The notes under the pieces are model-generated. The model was not told the origin of the DNA. It did no database searches and saw only the letters and a list, made by a program, of their open reading frames with translations. This document shows positions 50,899-60,877 of a stretch of DNA of 64,000 bases, one piece after another; within the stretch, counting starts at the first letter, position 1; every line of letters begins with the position of its first letter. The position numbers were made by a program, and so were the translations under genes. Source of the stretch: a bacterium (GTDB lineage: Bacteria > Patescibacteriota > Dojkabacteria > SC72); assembly GCA_021463465.1 (NCBI GenBank), contig JAJTYH010000002.1:73799-137798 (forward strand), in the 5' to 3' direction.

Positions 50899-51189
50899 AT
50901 GAGAAAAAGAGCTGCTGTGATTCCAAAAGAGCAAGGAGGTGACAACGTTGTATTACAATCCAGACCCAGACATCCTCGAGATATTGAGTCTGATTTGATT
51001 TTCGCTCTTTCCAGAAATTATACTAGCGGTATTGATCAATCAACACTAGAGGCTCCTATTGAAGGAGCAAGCTTATTCACCCAGTGCGGTAACAATATCC
51101 CAAGAGCTTTAAAAGTACTAGACCAAATAGAAGGACTTAACCCAGAGCTCCGGGAAGCTATGAGGTTGTATATAGAAGACCAAGAGTAG
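50899..51189 (+). CDS. Hypothetical protein
   Basis: 96-aa ORF with TATAAT 7 nt upstream. Confidence 0.5.
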   Translation: MRKRAAVIPKEQGGDNVVLQSRPRHPRDIESDLIFALSRNYTSGIDQSTLEAPIEGASLFTQCGNNIPRALKVLDQIEGLNPELREAMRLYIEDQE

Positions 51190-51249
51190 CCACATTTACA
51201 CTTAAGGTTAAAGAGAATATAATCAGGCTGTTCTTTGCAAATATTCATG

Positions 51250-51527
51250 AAAACGTTGAAGGAGAATTAGTAGGTAGTATGTTGTGACATCTGAGAGGGT
51301 CCGGAAGGAGCAAGGACTTCGCAAACATATAATTGAATTACCCTCCCAAGTTGCAAGCTGAAAAGCAAGTAAGCCGTGCCGGGATTTCGACCCGAAATAT
51401 CGACAGAGTGTATCAAGATGAGCACTCAACAAGACTAACAGTGTGAACTGGTAGTAAAATCAAGGTGGTACCGCGTAGATCGCCCTTGTTTATATCTATA
51501 TATTGGATATATGCAAGGGCGTTTTTT
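51250..51527 (+). promoter_or_regulatory. T-box riboswitch (Tyr, UAC specifier) upstream of tyrS
   Basis: Stem I with AGUA and AGAG boxes; TAC at 51339-51341; AAGGTGGTACCGCG T-box at 51462-51475; terminator at 51481-51527. Confidence 0.9.
51481..51527 (+). terminator. Intrinsic terminator of the T-box leader
   Basis: CGCCCTTG.../...CAAGGGCG stem followed by a T6 run. Confidence 0.85.
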
Positions 51528-51554
51528 GTTTTAAATTAAGTGTATACTAAAAAT

Positions 51555-53489
51555 ATGAAACTCAGGATTGATCCAAGATTGCACCAACAATTTCCCACCC
51601 TTAAAGTAGGTGTGTTATGGCTGGAACAAATCACTAACCATAGCAATTCGGATATCTCGTACCAGCTACTATGCCGACTAACCGACTCATTGAAGCGGAC
51701 ATTAAAGGACGCAGAAAATGATAAATGGAGCGAGGCTTTTGCCAAAGCTGGGATTCCATCTGAAATTACTCCTTCGCATCTGACCCTACTTAATCGTTTG
51801 CTTTCTAGTACCAGTAGCTTACCTAATATCTCCAATGCTGTGAATGTGATAAACCGTATCCAACTTATCCACGGTGTACCTATTGGGATCCATGATGCAG
51901 ATAAGACGGAAGGCTCTGTTACAATAGGCGAGAATAGTAAAGAGTTGAATTTTCTCCCACGTGAAAGCCAGGGAGCTGAAGGGGTATCGCCTTCGGAAAT
52001 TGTGTATGCAGACGAGAAGAATGTCATAACCCGTAATTGGGCATACAAACAAGGGCGAAAAACTCTTTTAACCGCTGAAAGCAAGAATGCATTTATTGTA
52101 GTTGACACACTTGATATGTCAGACAGTAAGGTTGAAGAGATTCTTGAAGAGCTCGCTAATAACTTCAATGCTTTTGTTCACCCAACGAAAATTTCAAAGG
52201 GCATTATGAATTCTAAGTATAATGAGATTAACACTGACGATTTAAGTGAAATCAAAAAATTTAAGAGAGTATCAATAAAAGGTTGTAAAACAATAAGTCG
52301 CAACCCTGAAATCATAGACAGGATAGTCGAGAAAGCCGTTGAAGAAGTCTTACCATCAAGAGAGAATCTTAAATCCCTACTTAATTCGGGACGTAGGTTA
52401 AGGGTATACCAAGGATTTGATCCAACAGCACCAACTCTACACATTGGACACACTGTTATGATGCGGAAGCTTGAAGACTTTAGGAAACTAGGACACGAAG
52501 TATTTATGCTTATTGGGGACTTTACTGGTCGAATTGGCGATCCAACTGACAAAGGGGCAGCACGTCGTAAACTCACAGAGAAAGAGGTCTTAGAAAATCT
52601 CAAGCTTTACAAAGAGCAAGCAAGTTCACTTCTAAATATGAACGATAAAGATAATCCTGTGACTGTAGTTTTCAATAATGATTGGTTAGGGCAGCTTAGA
52701 TTTGCAGAAATTGTAGATTTAGCGTCAGAATTTACAGTTCAACAGATGATTAAAAGAGATATGTTTCAAAAGAGATTAGAAAATGACAAACCAATACACC
52801 TACACGAATTTCTATACCCTTTAATGCAGGGCTTTGACTCAGTTGCGCTTAATGTAGATATAGAACTTGGGGGGAGTGATCAACTTTTTAATATGTTAGC
52901 AGGTAGGACTCTTATTGAAAAACTATATAAAAAAGATAAGTTCGTGGTATCAGGTAAACTGCTTACAACGAACGAAGGAGCTAAAATGGGTAAATCAGAA
53001 GGTAACATGATTATGCTCTCTGACTCACCAGAGAATATATTTGGTAAGGTAATGGCATTTTCTGATGAACAAATCTTAGGTGGTTTTGAACTTTTAACTA
53101 ACAGTTCAATAGATAAAGTTAATGAGGTTGAAAGAAAATTGAAACAAGGTAAAAATCCAATGGAATTAAAGAAAGAACTAGCGGAAATAGTGGTTTCAGA
53201 ATTGAAAGGAAACAAAGCGGCAACAAGAGCAAAAGAGTACTTTGAAGGAGTGTTTCAAAAAATGAGTGTCAATGTAGAACTTGAAACAGTCAAAGTATCA
53301 AAATCAGAAATGAATATTTTAGATTTAATGGTTGAAACAGGTTTAAGCAAGAGTAAGTCAGAGGCAAGGCGACTTGTTGAACAGGACTCTGTCGAAGTAA
53401 ATCAGGGAAAAATCGTCAACTGGAAGTCACAAATTAACACAAAAGATATTGTATTAAAGGTTGGGAAAAGAACTCTCCGCATTCTCTAA
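51555..53489 (+). CDS. tyrS: Tyrosine-tRNA ligase with N-terminal B3/4 domain
   Basis: GFDPTAPTLHIGH, YPLMQGFD, GGSDQ, KMGKS, C-terminal S4 domain; the first ~220 aa are B3/4-like. Confidence 0.95.
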   Translation: MKLRIDPRLHQQFPTLKVGVLWLEQITNHSNSDISYQLLCRLTDSLKRTLKDAENDKWSEAFAKAGIPSEITPSHLTLLNRLLSSTSSLPNISNAVNVINRIQLIHGVPIGIHDADKTEGSVTIGENSKELNFLPRESQGAEGVSPSEIVYADEKNVITRNWAYKQGRKTLLTAESKNAFIVVDTLDMSDSKVEEILEELANNFNAFVHPTKISKGIMNSKYNEINTDDLSEIKKFKRVSIKGCKTISRNPEIIDRIVEKAVEEVLPSRENLKSLLNSGRRLRVYQGFDPTAPTLHIGHTVMMRKLEDFRKLGHEVFMLIGDFTGRIGDPTDKGAARRKLTEKEVLENLKLYKEQASSLLNMNDKDNPVTVVFNNDWLGQLRFAEIVDLASEFTVQQMIKRDMFQKRLENDKPIHLHEFLYPLMQGFDSVALNVDIELGGSDQLFNMLAGRTLIEKLYKKDKFVVSGKLLTTNEGAKMGKSEGNMIMLSDSPENIFGKVMAFSDEQILGGFELLTNSSIDKVNEVERKLKQGKNPMELKKELAEIVVSELKGNKAATRAKEYFEGVFQKMSVNVELETVKVSKSEMNILDLMVETGLSKSKSEARRLVEQDSVEVNQGKIVNWKSQINTKDIVLKVGKRTLRIL

Positions 53490-53977
53490 TTAATATAGCT
53501 ATCAATATCTAGGTCGTCGACTTTTGATTGAAAAATATTACTTCTCTTATCTGGTTTGGCTAGCTTCATAAGTGAATTCGCAAATATATCAGAGTTTGTT
53601 GATTTGACAACGATAACCTTTTTGCCAACAGTTAAGGCAATAGCAGCTTCCGACATAGTCCCTAAAGATCCTGCAATAGCTATAACTAAATCAGCACAAA
53701 CAGCTACAATCGAGTTTCTTGTGACTTTTAAGCCAGTTACTAAAGGGATATCGATAAACTGATTAGCTTCCTCTCTGAATTCAGGTAAAATTCCGATAGT
53801 AATGACGCCCGAATCTTTTGCACCTTTTGCAACTGCCTCCATTACCCCAGTCATACCACCACAAACCAATGCATGTTTGCTCTTATCAATCTTCTTACCT
53901 ACTTCATAGGCAATTTCATAATCTTTTGAATTTGATTCAACTGCTGCTCCTCCGATTACCGATATTAGTTTTAACAT
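53486..53977 (-). CDS. LOG/SLOG-family protein (TIGR00725-like)
   Basis: ISVIGG, CGG.TGVMEAV.KGA, RN, GTMSE. Confidence 0.85.
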   Translation of the reverse strand: MLKLISVIGGAAVESNSKDYEIAYEVGKKIDKSKHALVCGGMTGVMEAVAKGAKDSGVITIGILPEFREEANQFIDIPLVTGLKVTRNSIVAVCADLVIAIAGSLGTMSEAAIALTVGKKVIVVKSTNSDIFANSLMKLAKPDKRSNIFQSKVDDLDIDSYIN

Positions 53978-53993
53978 TGGATGCTTGATTAAT

Positions 53994-54878
53994 TTATTTT
54001 TTTATCGAACCCTGCATTGACTTTGCAATATCCTCAACAATTTCCAAACATAATAACACTTGCAGTCGTGATTGCTCAGGTGGTTGATACTGGAAATCGT
54101 CTTTTCCAAGACCCCAACGATGATACTCCTTTGATTTATGTCCCCTCCACCACTCAAATAGCTCCAACAATTCGTTTTTCCTCTCTATACCAGGGAAAAA
54201 CTCTAAATAGGTTTTGAATATCTTATTCTTACCAGAAACCTGTTGACCCTTAAGCAATAGATGAGCCTTCATAGTAAATATCAAGCATACAGTGGCATAT
54301 CTCAATCTGTCATCTAAATATTTGCTTATATCTTCTGTTACAAATGTTGTACCACCAGATCTATCACCAACCATTCTTGAAAGAACAGATCTATTTGAAA
54401 GATATGGGGAATTATATACCATCTGCCTTAAGCCTCTACGCATATCATTTGCTAATAAAATCGAAGACTCTTCAACATCAGGTTTTAAAAACTTCTGTAG
54501 AAGGTTGATTCCATAAATGAGTTTTGCTTTCTCAAAGTAATCATAAATAAACATCGACCTTAAAAGTGAGTAGCCTAAAGTATTTTCCGTTGGGATTTCA
54601 TCTGATCCATAGGTATAAATCTCAAAAGGCAGCTGAATCTTCTCTACATAATTTTTATGTAACTCATAAAGTCTTATCAATTTTTGAGAGTCAAGTTGAC
54701 CTCTTTCATCAACATTACACAAAATCATTAAGTCAATATTACTGTCTTTACTTAAATAGGTTTCATCCGCAGCACTCCCATAAAGGTAAATACTATCAAT
54801 CCAATCTAAAAGTGCATTGGATTTCAAAGTTTCAATAAAATTGTCGCAAATTTTCTTTACCTTTAGTTCTTCTTGCAT
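53994..54878 (-). CDS. Pol-beta-like nucleotidyltransferase domain protein
   Basis: IYLYGSAA......SNIDLMIL. Confidence 0.7.
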   Translation of the reverse strand: MQEELKVKKICDNFIETLKSNALLDWIDSIYLYGSAADETYLSKDSNIDLMILCNVDERGQLDSQKLIRLYELHKNYVEKIQLPFEIYTYGSDEIPTENTLGYSLLRSMFIYDYFEKAKLIYGINLLQKFLKPDVEESSILLANDMRRGLRQMVYNSPYLSNRSVLSRMVGDRSGGTTFVTEDISKYLDDRLRYATVCLIFTMKAHLLLKGQQVSGKNKIFKTYLEFFPGIERKNELLELFEWWRGHKSKEYHRWGLGKDDFQYQPPEQSRLQVLLCLEIVEDIAKSMQGSIKK

Positions 54879-55636
54879 ACTACAATCTGATTCATTCCAA
54901 GTAATTTAATAAATGGGTAGCCTCTGAGTTTTTCAATTTGATGCCTTATAAATCGAATAGGTGCCCATCGATAAAACCTCCAACTAATCGCAAGAAACGG
55001 TAATATCCCATGTAATGTATTATAGGTAAACTGATCGACTATCTCGAAGCCCACACTTTCAAGTCTTTTGGGTACATTAAAAACCGTAACCATATTCTCG
55101 TTTGCTTGACTCTTCCAATTTGAAAAAGGTGCAAAAGTATTCTTCTTGTATACACGAGTCATTTCTAACAACACTTTCAACAAACCAGCAGTATTAAAAT
55201 AATTTGGAGTAGAAATAATCAGCTTTCCATCCTTTTTTAGTAGTCTGTATTGTTCTCGGAAGTAAGCCACGAGATCTTCAAAGTGTTCAAGTGCCTCTAC
55301 ACAAAAAATATAATCAAAGTATTCACTTTTTAGAGGGATCTCTCTAGCGTCTAAAACAAAATATTTTGTCTTTTTTGAAATTTTTCTAGCCTTTTCAATC
55401 GCATTCTTAGAAATATCCACCCCAAAAGTTTCACAACCTTTTGACTCTAAGTAAGCTAAGAGATAACCATGCCCACAACCAATGTCTAAAACCTTCTTAC
55501 CTTTTAAATTATCAGTGTACAGGTCAACAACAAGTTTGCCAAAATTCGAAATCTCTCCAAATGGGTTGAATGGTGATATGACAAAATCTTGATTTTCGTT
55601 ATAAAATTTCGCAACTTTTGTTCTATAACCTACCAT
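54863..55636 (-). CDS. Class I SAM-dependent methyltransferase
   Basis: VLDIGCGHG, GVDIS, EALEHF, LK..GKLIISTPN. Confidence 0.9.
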   Translation of the reverse strand: MVGYRTKVAKFYNENQDFVISPFNPFGEISNFGKLVVDLYTDNLKGKKVLDIGCGHGYLLAYLESKGCETFGVDISKNAIEKARKISKKTKYFVLDAREIPLKSEYFDYIFCVEALEHFEDLVAYFREQYRLLKKDGKLIISTPNYFNTAGLLKVLLEMTRVYKKNTFAPFSNWKSQANENMVTVFNVPKRLESVGFEIVDQFTYNTLHGILPFLAISWRFYRWAPIRFIRHQIEKLRGYPFIKLLGMNQIVVCKKN

Positions 55637-56595
55637 AAATCTTTATAACTAAAATTATACTTTTTCAAAAGCGCGGCTCTTCGAAAATCAACATCTTCGT
55701 ATTTTAGATATCTATACTTATTCAAAAAATAATAAAACCAAAAAGTGTAATAAGGTATTACAATTAATCGATAAAGAATCAAATCAAACCTACTTCTACT
55801 TAACGCTCGAAATATCATTTTAATATTTACCAACACCCATTTTGAAAAACTTCTATTATAAATATTAGGGTAAAGATAATATAAAGAAGCATTTCCCTCG
55901 GCATGCCAACGTTTTCGCCTTAATATATTTCTCAAAGAAGATGGGTATTTATGAAAAATTACTAAACTATCATCGTACCTAATTTTATAACCACTATTTA
56001 ATAATTTTGCTGAAAATTCTCTATCTTCAGAAGCAAGACTAAAATCATTAAAACCTAAAACAGAAGAATATATCTCTCTACTCACTAATAAAAAAGCACC
56101 TATGAGAACTTTCGCTTCATTTTGATTGTCTACATAAGTTCTCGTTGATCGAAGATCTTCGAAGTACTCACCTTTTTGCCAAATTGTCTCAAAAGAAGAA
56201 GGTTTTCTGATCTTAGGAAGATAAGACGCAACAAATTTACTATTTCTCAAGAAATCGATTTTCTCTTTAATAAATTTTTGACTAAAATTTTCAATTTTAA
56301 CATCAGAATCTAAGAACAAAAGATATTCACCATATGTACTTGAGACTCCTAAGTTTCTAGCTTGTGCAGGTGTTATTACCATAGGCACTTCAATCAATTT
56401 CACTCGTGCCTTAGAAACCGACGGAAATGCGGGAATACTTACATCCGTAGAATTAAGACCATTTACAACAACAACTACTTCAAAAAAATCGACAGAATGC
56501 TCAAATACAGGCAACAGCTCCTTTAAAAGGGACTCTAGCTTCGGTATGTGCCTGGCATGACACGGAATTATGACTGATAAAGTTGGGTTCTTCAC
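55630..56595 (-). CDS. GT2 glycosyltransferase
   Basis: LSVIIP, ARNLG, FLDSD, EDREF, R..RW. Confidence 0.88.
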   Translation of the reverse strand: MKNPTLSVIIPCHARHIPKLESLLKELLPVFEHSVDFFEVVVVVNGLNSTDVSIPAFPSVSKARVKLIEVPMVITPAQARNLGVSSTYGEYLLFLDSDVKIENFSQKFIKEKIDFLRNSKFVASYLPKIRKPSSFETIWQKGEYFEDLRSTRTYVDNQNEAKVLIGAFLLVSREIYSSVLGFNDFSLASEDREFSAKLLNSGYKIRYDDSLVIFHKYPSSLRNILRRKRWHAEGNASLYYLYPNIYNRSFSKWVLVNIKMIFRALSRSRFDLILYRLIVIPYYTFWFYYFLNKYRYLKYEDVDFRRAALLKKYNFSYKDLW

Positions 56596-56724
56596 AGCTC
56601 AAAATCATTCTGTATTTATTAAACTAATGTAAACCGGGTATACGCAGTTAAAATTTATGTGATTATACAACATAGTAAAACATTTTCCAGTAGCAAAACT
56701 TCTTACTATAACCTATAATAAGAC

Positions 56725-57189
56725 ATGTTTTATAGCAAAAACATAGAAATTGACAGGCAAGAAAGCGACTACCATACAATGCAATCTGATGCTTGGTTTA
56801 TGGAACTTAATCATATATTCAATGTTTTAGATGCAAAAAGTTCAATCGAAGTAGCTCTTACAGTTGACTTTATAGACACAATTTCTGGAAGTATGATTGC
56901 AGAACTACCAAGTCAAATCGGTTTACTTACTGAAGTTGATTACTCAACTATACGCATACTCAAAGGTAGTGATTTCAACTTTTATATTGAACTTATAGAT
57001 AAAAGTAATGTCTGTGCAACTTTAATATCAAATAAGGAAGGTTTTACCTTACTTTTAGATAATGAAACGATAACAATTGGTAAGAGTACTAATTTAGATC
57101 AAAGTGTTAATTATTTGATTTCGGGTTTATATCTTCATAATGCAGATTCATTTGTCCCTCAGCGCAGCCTAATAACGATTAAAAGTTAA
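56725..57189 (+). CDS. Hypothetical protein
   Basis: 154-aa ORF. Confidence 0.5.
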   Translation: MFYSKNIEIDRQESDYHTMQSDAWFMELNHIFNVLDAKSSIEVALTVDFIDTISGSMIAELPSQIGLLTEVDYSTIRILKGSDFNFYIELIDKSNVCATLISNKEGFTLLLDNETITIGKSTNLDQSVNYLISGLYLHNADSFVPQRSLITIKS

Positions 57190-57240
57190 ACAATTGCTTC
57201 CTCTCGAAAATATTTCTTTAAGAAGGTACAATTACATTCA

Positions 57241-57351
57241 ATGAGAGAACTCACCAAAAAACGAATAAAACATATTTTTAATATTTTTGTTGCAATAGTA
57301 TTGATATCAGGAATTGTGCTTCCAGTTGTCATAGCCTTATTTGCAAGCTAA
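57241..57351 (+). CDS. 36-aa single-TM small protein
   Basis: MRELTKKRIKHIFNIFVAIVLISGIVLPVVIALFAS*; stop lies 1 nt before the recG ATG. Confidence 0.55.
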   Translation: MRELTKKRIKHIFNIFVAIVLISGIVLPVVIALFAS

Positions 57352-57352
57352 T

Positions 57353-59359
57353 ATGCTAAGCGATCTGACTCTTAAGACTGCAGTAACCGAGATACCCTTG
57401 GTTGGGCCCTCTAAAGCACAACTCCTCGAAAAACTCGGGATAACGACGATCAAGGATTTACTCTTTCATATCCCTTTCAAATATCGAGATACATCCAATA
57501 TCATTCCCATCACCAAACTCAAAAAAGAGAGAGAAGGTACCATTATTGCTACGGTAGAACGGATAGAAAATGTCTACACACGATTCAGTAAAGTAATTAC
57601 CAGAGCAAAGGTGATTGATGAGAGCAGTACAATAAACATTCTTTGGTTCAATCAGCCTTATCTCACGAAAGCTTTAAAACAAGGGAATACATATATTTTT
57701 GAAGGTAAACTATCAAAGAAAACCAATGACTTAGTCAGTCCTGCTTATGAACTATTCTCAGGAGACCTATCTACCCAAAGCCATATTGGGAAAATAACTC
57801 CCTTTTACAATGAAACAGCAGGAATTTCCTCTAAATGGCTTAGAGGTAGAATCACTTTTTTAAAAAAAGAAATTAGTAACCTCCTAAAAGTTGACCTTCA
57901 ATCCTCAGTCTTAGAAGAAGAGCATCTGCTATCACTAGCTCAGGCAATAATGCAAATTCACTTTCCAACCGATTTTGACCAAATTAACAATGCTCGAACA
58001 AGGTTAGCTTTTGACGAAATGCTTAAAGTCGGTTTCAAAACCGAAACTAATGTCGCTGTATTAAAAAATCGAAGTTCAATAGAGATAAAGTCTATTCCTA
58101 AATACATTGAAATCTTCAATTCCACATTGCCTTACGAACTAACGCAAGATCAAAGGAAAGCTATAAATGATATCCAAAACGATATGGAAAAAGAGAAACC
58201 TATGTACAGACTCTTAAATGGAGACGTCGGATCAGGAAAGACTGTAGTCGCTGCATCTTGCATGTACAGTGCATACCAAGCAGGATTTAGTAGCATAATT
58301 ATGGCTCCCACTACAATTCTCGCAACACAGCATCAACAAACCCTGAAAGAACTTCTAAAGCCTCTGAAAATAAATGTTGAGCTATGTGCTTCTGGGACTA
58401 AACTCAAACACAGTTCAAAGCCCCAAATTATTGTTGGCACCCATGCATTGCTTCATAACAAAGAAGAAATCCATAACCTTGGGCTTTTAATAGTGGATGA
58501 GCAACACAGATTTGGAGTAAAGCAGAGGGAACAACTGACTTTCAATAGAAGCGATGGCAAGTTCCCTCACTTCTTGATGATGTCAGCGACACCGATACCA
58601 CATACTCTCATCAATATTTTCTTTGGTGATATGGATGTAAGCTTCATAAAGGAAATGCCTGCCAATCGTATCCCTATTCAATCACATTTTGTTCCCTTTA
58701 ATAAAAGAGATGACTGTTATGAATGGATTAAGCAGAAGCTTATTGACACCAAGGAGCAGGCATTCATTGTTTTTCCTCTGGTTGAGGAATCAGAAAAAGC
58801 ACAAGCCAAAGCAGCTACCGCTGAGTACGAAAAGTTGAAGAATGGGCTTTTCAAAAACTTAAGGGTGGGACTACTTCACGGACAGTTAAAGATCAAAGAG
58901 AAAAATGAAACGTTAAAATCTTTTAAAGCTCAAAAATACAATGTACTTGTTGCGACTTCAGTTATTGAAGTAGGTATTGATGTACCTGAAGCAACAGTGA
59001 TGGTGATAGAAGATGCACAGCGCTTTGGACTCGCCCAACTACATCAGCTTAGAGGAAGAGTAGGGAGAGGAGATAAGCAATCTTACTGTTTTGTGCTCGC
59101 AGGAGAAGAAGCAGAGGAAGCAGCAAGTGAACGACTCACCTACTTTGCAAAGCATCCATCAGGTTTTGATGTAGCAGAATTCGATTTGAAGAAAAGAGGT
59201 CCAGGTGAAGTATATGGTGTAAAACAATCAGGTATTCCAACCTTCAAAGTAGCTTCCATCAACGACATTGAACTTTTGATCAAAGCTAGAAATCAGGCAA
59301 AAAGATTAATCGGAATAGGATATAATCTAGATGATATTTCAAAACAACTCTTCCAATGA
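57353..59359 (+). CDS. recG: ATP-dependent DNA helicase RecG
   Basis: GDVGSGKT, DEQHRFGV, SATPIP, QLHQLRGRVGRG. Confidence 0.97.
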   Translation: MLSDLTLKTAVTEIPLVGPSKAQLLEKLGITTIKDLLFHIPFKYRDTSNIIPITKLKKEREGTIIATVERIENVYTRFSKVITRAKVIDESSTINILWFNQPYLTKALKQGNTYIFEGKLSKKTNDLVSPAYELFSGDLSTQSHIGKITPFYNETAGISSKWLRGRITFLKKEISNLLKVDLQSSVLEEEHLLSLAQAIMQIHFPTDFDQINNARTRLAFDEMLKVGFKTETNVAVLKNRSSIEIKSIPKYIEIFNSTLPYELTQDQRKAINDIQNDMEKEKPMYRLLNGDVGSGKTVVAASCMYSAYQAGFSSIIMAPTTILATQHQQTLKELLKPLKINVELCASGTKLKHSSKPQIIVGTHALLHNKEEIHNLGLLIVDEQHRFGVKQREQLTFNRSDGKFPHFLMMSATPIPHTLINIFFGDMDVSFIKEMPANRIPIQSHFVPFNKRDDCYEWIKQKLIDTKEQAFIVFPLVEESEKAQAKAATAEYEKLKNGLFKNLRVGLLHGQLKIKEKNETLKSFKAQKYNVLVATSVIEVGIDVPEATVMVIEDAQRFGLAQLHQLRGRVGRGDKQSYCFVLAGEEAEEAASERLTYFAKHPSGFDVAEFDLKKRGPGEVYGVKQSGIPTFKVASINDIELLIKARNQAKRLIGIGYNLDDISKQLFQ

Positions 59360-59799
59360 AAATATATGTAGTGATAGATAATATCCGCTCTGCCTACAAC
59401 GTAGGTAGCATTTTTAGAACCGCCGATGGGGCAGGTAACTGTGAACTTCTAATTTGCGGAATCAGCCCCACGCCCGAACACATCAAAGTTGGCAAAACAG
59501 CTTTAGGAGCAGATCAAAGCGTGCCATGGAAATACTTCAAAACAACTCTAGAGGCTGTGAGATGGTTGAAGAATAAGAAAGTGCCTGTTTGGTCAATCGA
59601 ACTTACCGAAAAAGCCAAACATTACTAATCTCTGAAATTCCCCAAAGAGGTTGCATTTGTATTTGGACACGAAATTGAAGGTGTAAACAGTGAAGTTTTG
59701 AACAGTAGTGATGAAATATTGTATATTCCTATGAAAGGCACTAAGAATTCACTCAATGTTGCCAGCGCAGCAGCAATACTTTTATATTCAGCCACATGA
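59356..59799 (+). pseudogene. TrmH/SpoU RNA methyltransferase with in-frame TAA (59626-59628)
   Basis: NVGSIFRTAD N-half. After the stop the frame continues SLKFPKEVAFVFGHEIEGV...IPMKGTKNSLNVASAAAILLY to a TGA overlapping the next ATG. Confidence 0.88.
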
Positions 59800-60839
59800 T
59801 TAAAATTGAGTTAGTAGAAAATCAAGAGGTTTGGGATACTTTCCTTACCAATCAACCGCATGCCAATATCCTACAAAGCTGGGCATGGGGAGACTTTCAG
59901 TTCAAGCTGAATCGAAAGATATGGAGAATTGGGATCTTTAATGATTCTACAATGATAGGGGTCGCTTTGGCGCAATTAATCCCAACAAAACTCCGAACTC
60001 ACATCTATGTCTCTAACGGCCCAGTAATAGCTAATGGATATGAAGCAGAAGCCTTAGGCAAGTTAATGGGATATTTAAAAGCACTTGGGATCCAGGAGAA
60101 GGTTAACTTCGTCAGAGTTGACCCACTTTGGGAAGACAACCGAACAAACAGACAGACACTCAAGGGAGTTGGACTGAAAAAAGCATCAACCCATGTACAA
60201 GCAGAATACAAATGGATCTTGGATATTTCACCCAACAACGCAACCTTGCTCAATCAAATGAAAAAAAACACCCGTTATGAAATTAAGAAAGCCGAAAAAG
60301 AAGGCGTTGTAGTTAGAGCCTCAACTAACTTCGAAGAGTATGATCTTTTTGAATTACTCTTTATGAAAACCGTTGCAAGACAGAAATTTGTTCCACATCC
60401 TTATGAATATTACAAAACCCAATTCAAGACACTCCTGAAAGCCGACATGTATAAGATCTACATTGCCCAAAAGGGTGATACTGTCCTGGCGACAGCATTG
60501 ATAGCTACATTTGGTGACAGTAGTTTCTACTTACATGCAGCAAGTCTCAACAATAGGGAAGCTAATAAATTGATGGCTCCTCAAACGTTGGTATGGCATG
60601 CAATACAGGAAGGTAAAGCTCAAGGTGTGAAATATTTCGATTTCTGGGGAGTTGCGAAAGACGATAATCCTAAAGACCAATGGGCTGGGTTCACTAGGTT
60701 TAAGAAAGGTTTCGGAGGAGAACTTTTCAAAGTTGTTAGAGCTCACGACCTTCCACTCACACCCGCATATGCTTTGATTTCAGTGTTAGAAGCTACACGT
60801 GAATTATGGGGCGGAATTTACTACAAAATTAAGCGTTAA
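59796..60839 (+). CDS. FemABX-family peptidoglycan bridge aminoacyltransferase
   Basis: LQSWAWG, KNTRYEIKKA, FDFWG, GF.RFKKGFGG. Confidence 0.9.
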   Translation: MIKIELVENQEVWDTFLTNQPHANILQSWAWGDFQFKLNRKIWRIGIFNDSTMIGVALAQLIPTKLRTHIYVSNGPVIANGYEAEALGKLMGYLKALGIQEKVNFVRVDPLWEDNRTNRQTLKGVGLKKASTHVQAEYKWILDISPNNATLLNQMKKNTRYEIKKAEKEGVVVRASTNFEEYDLFELLFMKTVARQKFVPHPYEYYKTQFKTLLKADMYKIYIAQKGDTVLATALIATFGDSSFYLHAASLNNREANKLMAPQTLVWHAIQEGKAQGVKYFDFWGVAKDDNPKDQWAGFTRFKKGFGGELFKVVRAHDLPLTPAYALISVLEATRELWGGIYYKIKR

Positions 60840-60842
60840 ACT

Positions 60843-60871
60843 TTGACACTGCAGACCCTTCTCGATATCAT
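60843..60871 (+). promoter_or_regulatory. Sigma70-type promoter, probably giving a leaderless mRNA
   Basis: TTGACA-17 bp-TATCAT, ending 6 nt before the ATG at 60878. Confidence 0.7.
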
Positions 60872-60877
60872 GAATTT

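Noticed and set aside
33011-53762. Numerous 60-210 aa antisense ORFs inside pyk, murG, ftsI, rarA, tyrS and others
   Set aside because: Opposite-strand shadows of well-conserved genes, with no motifs.
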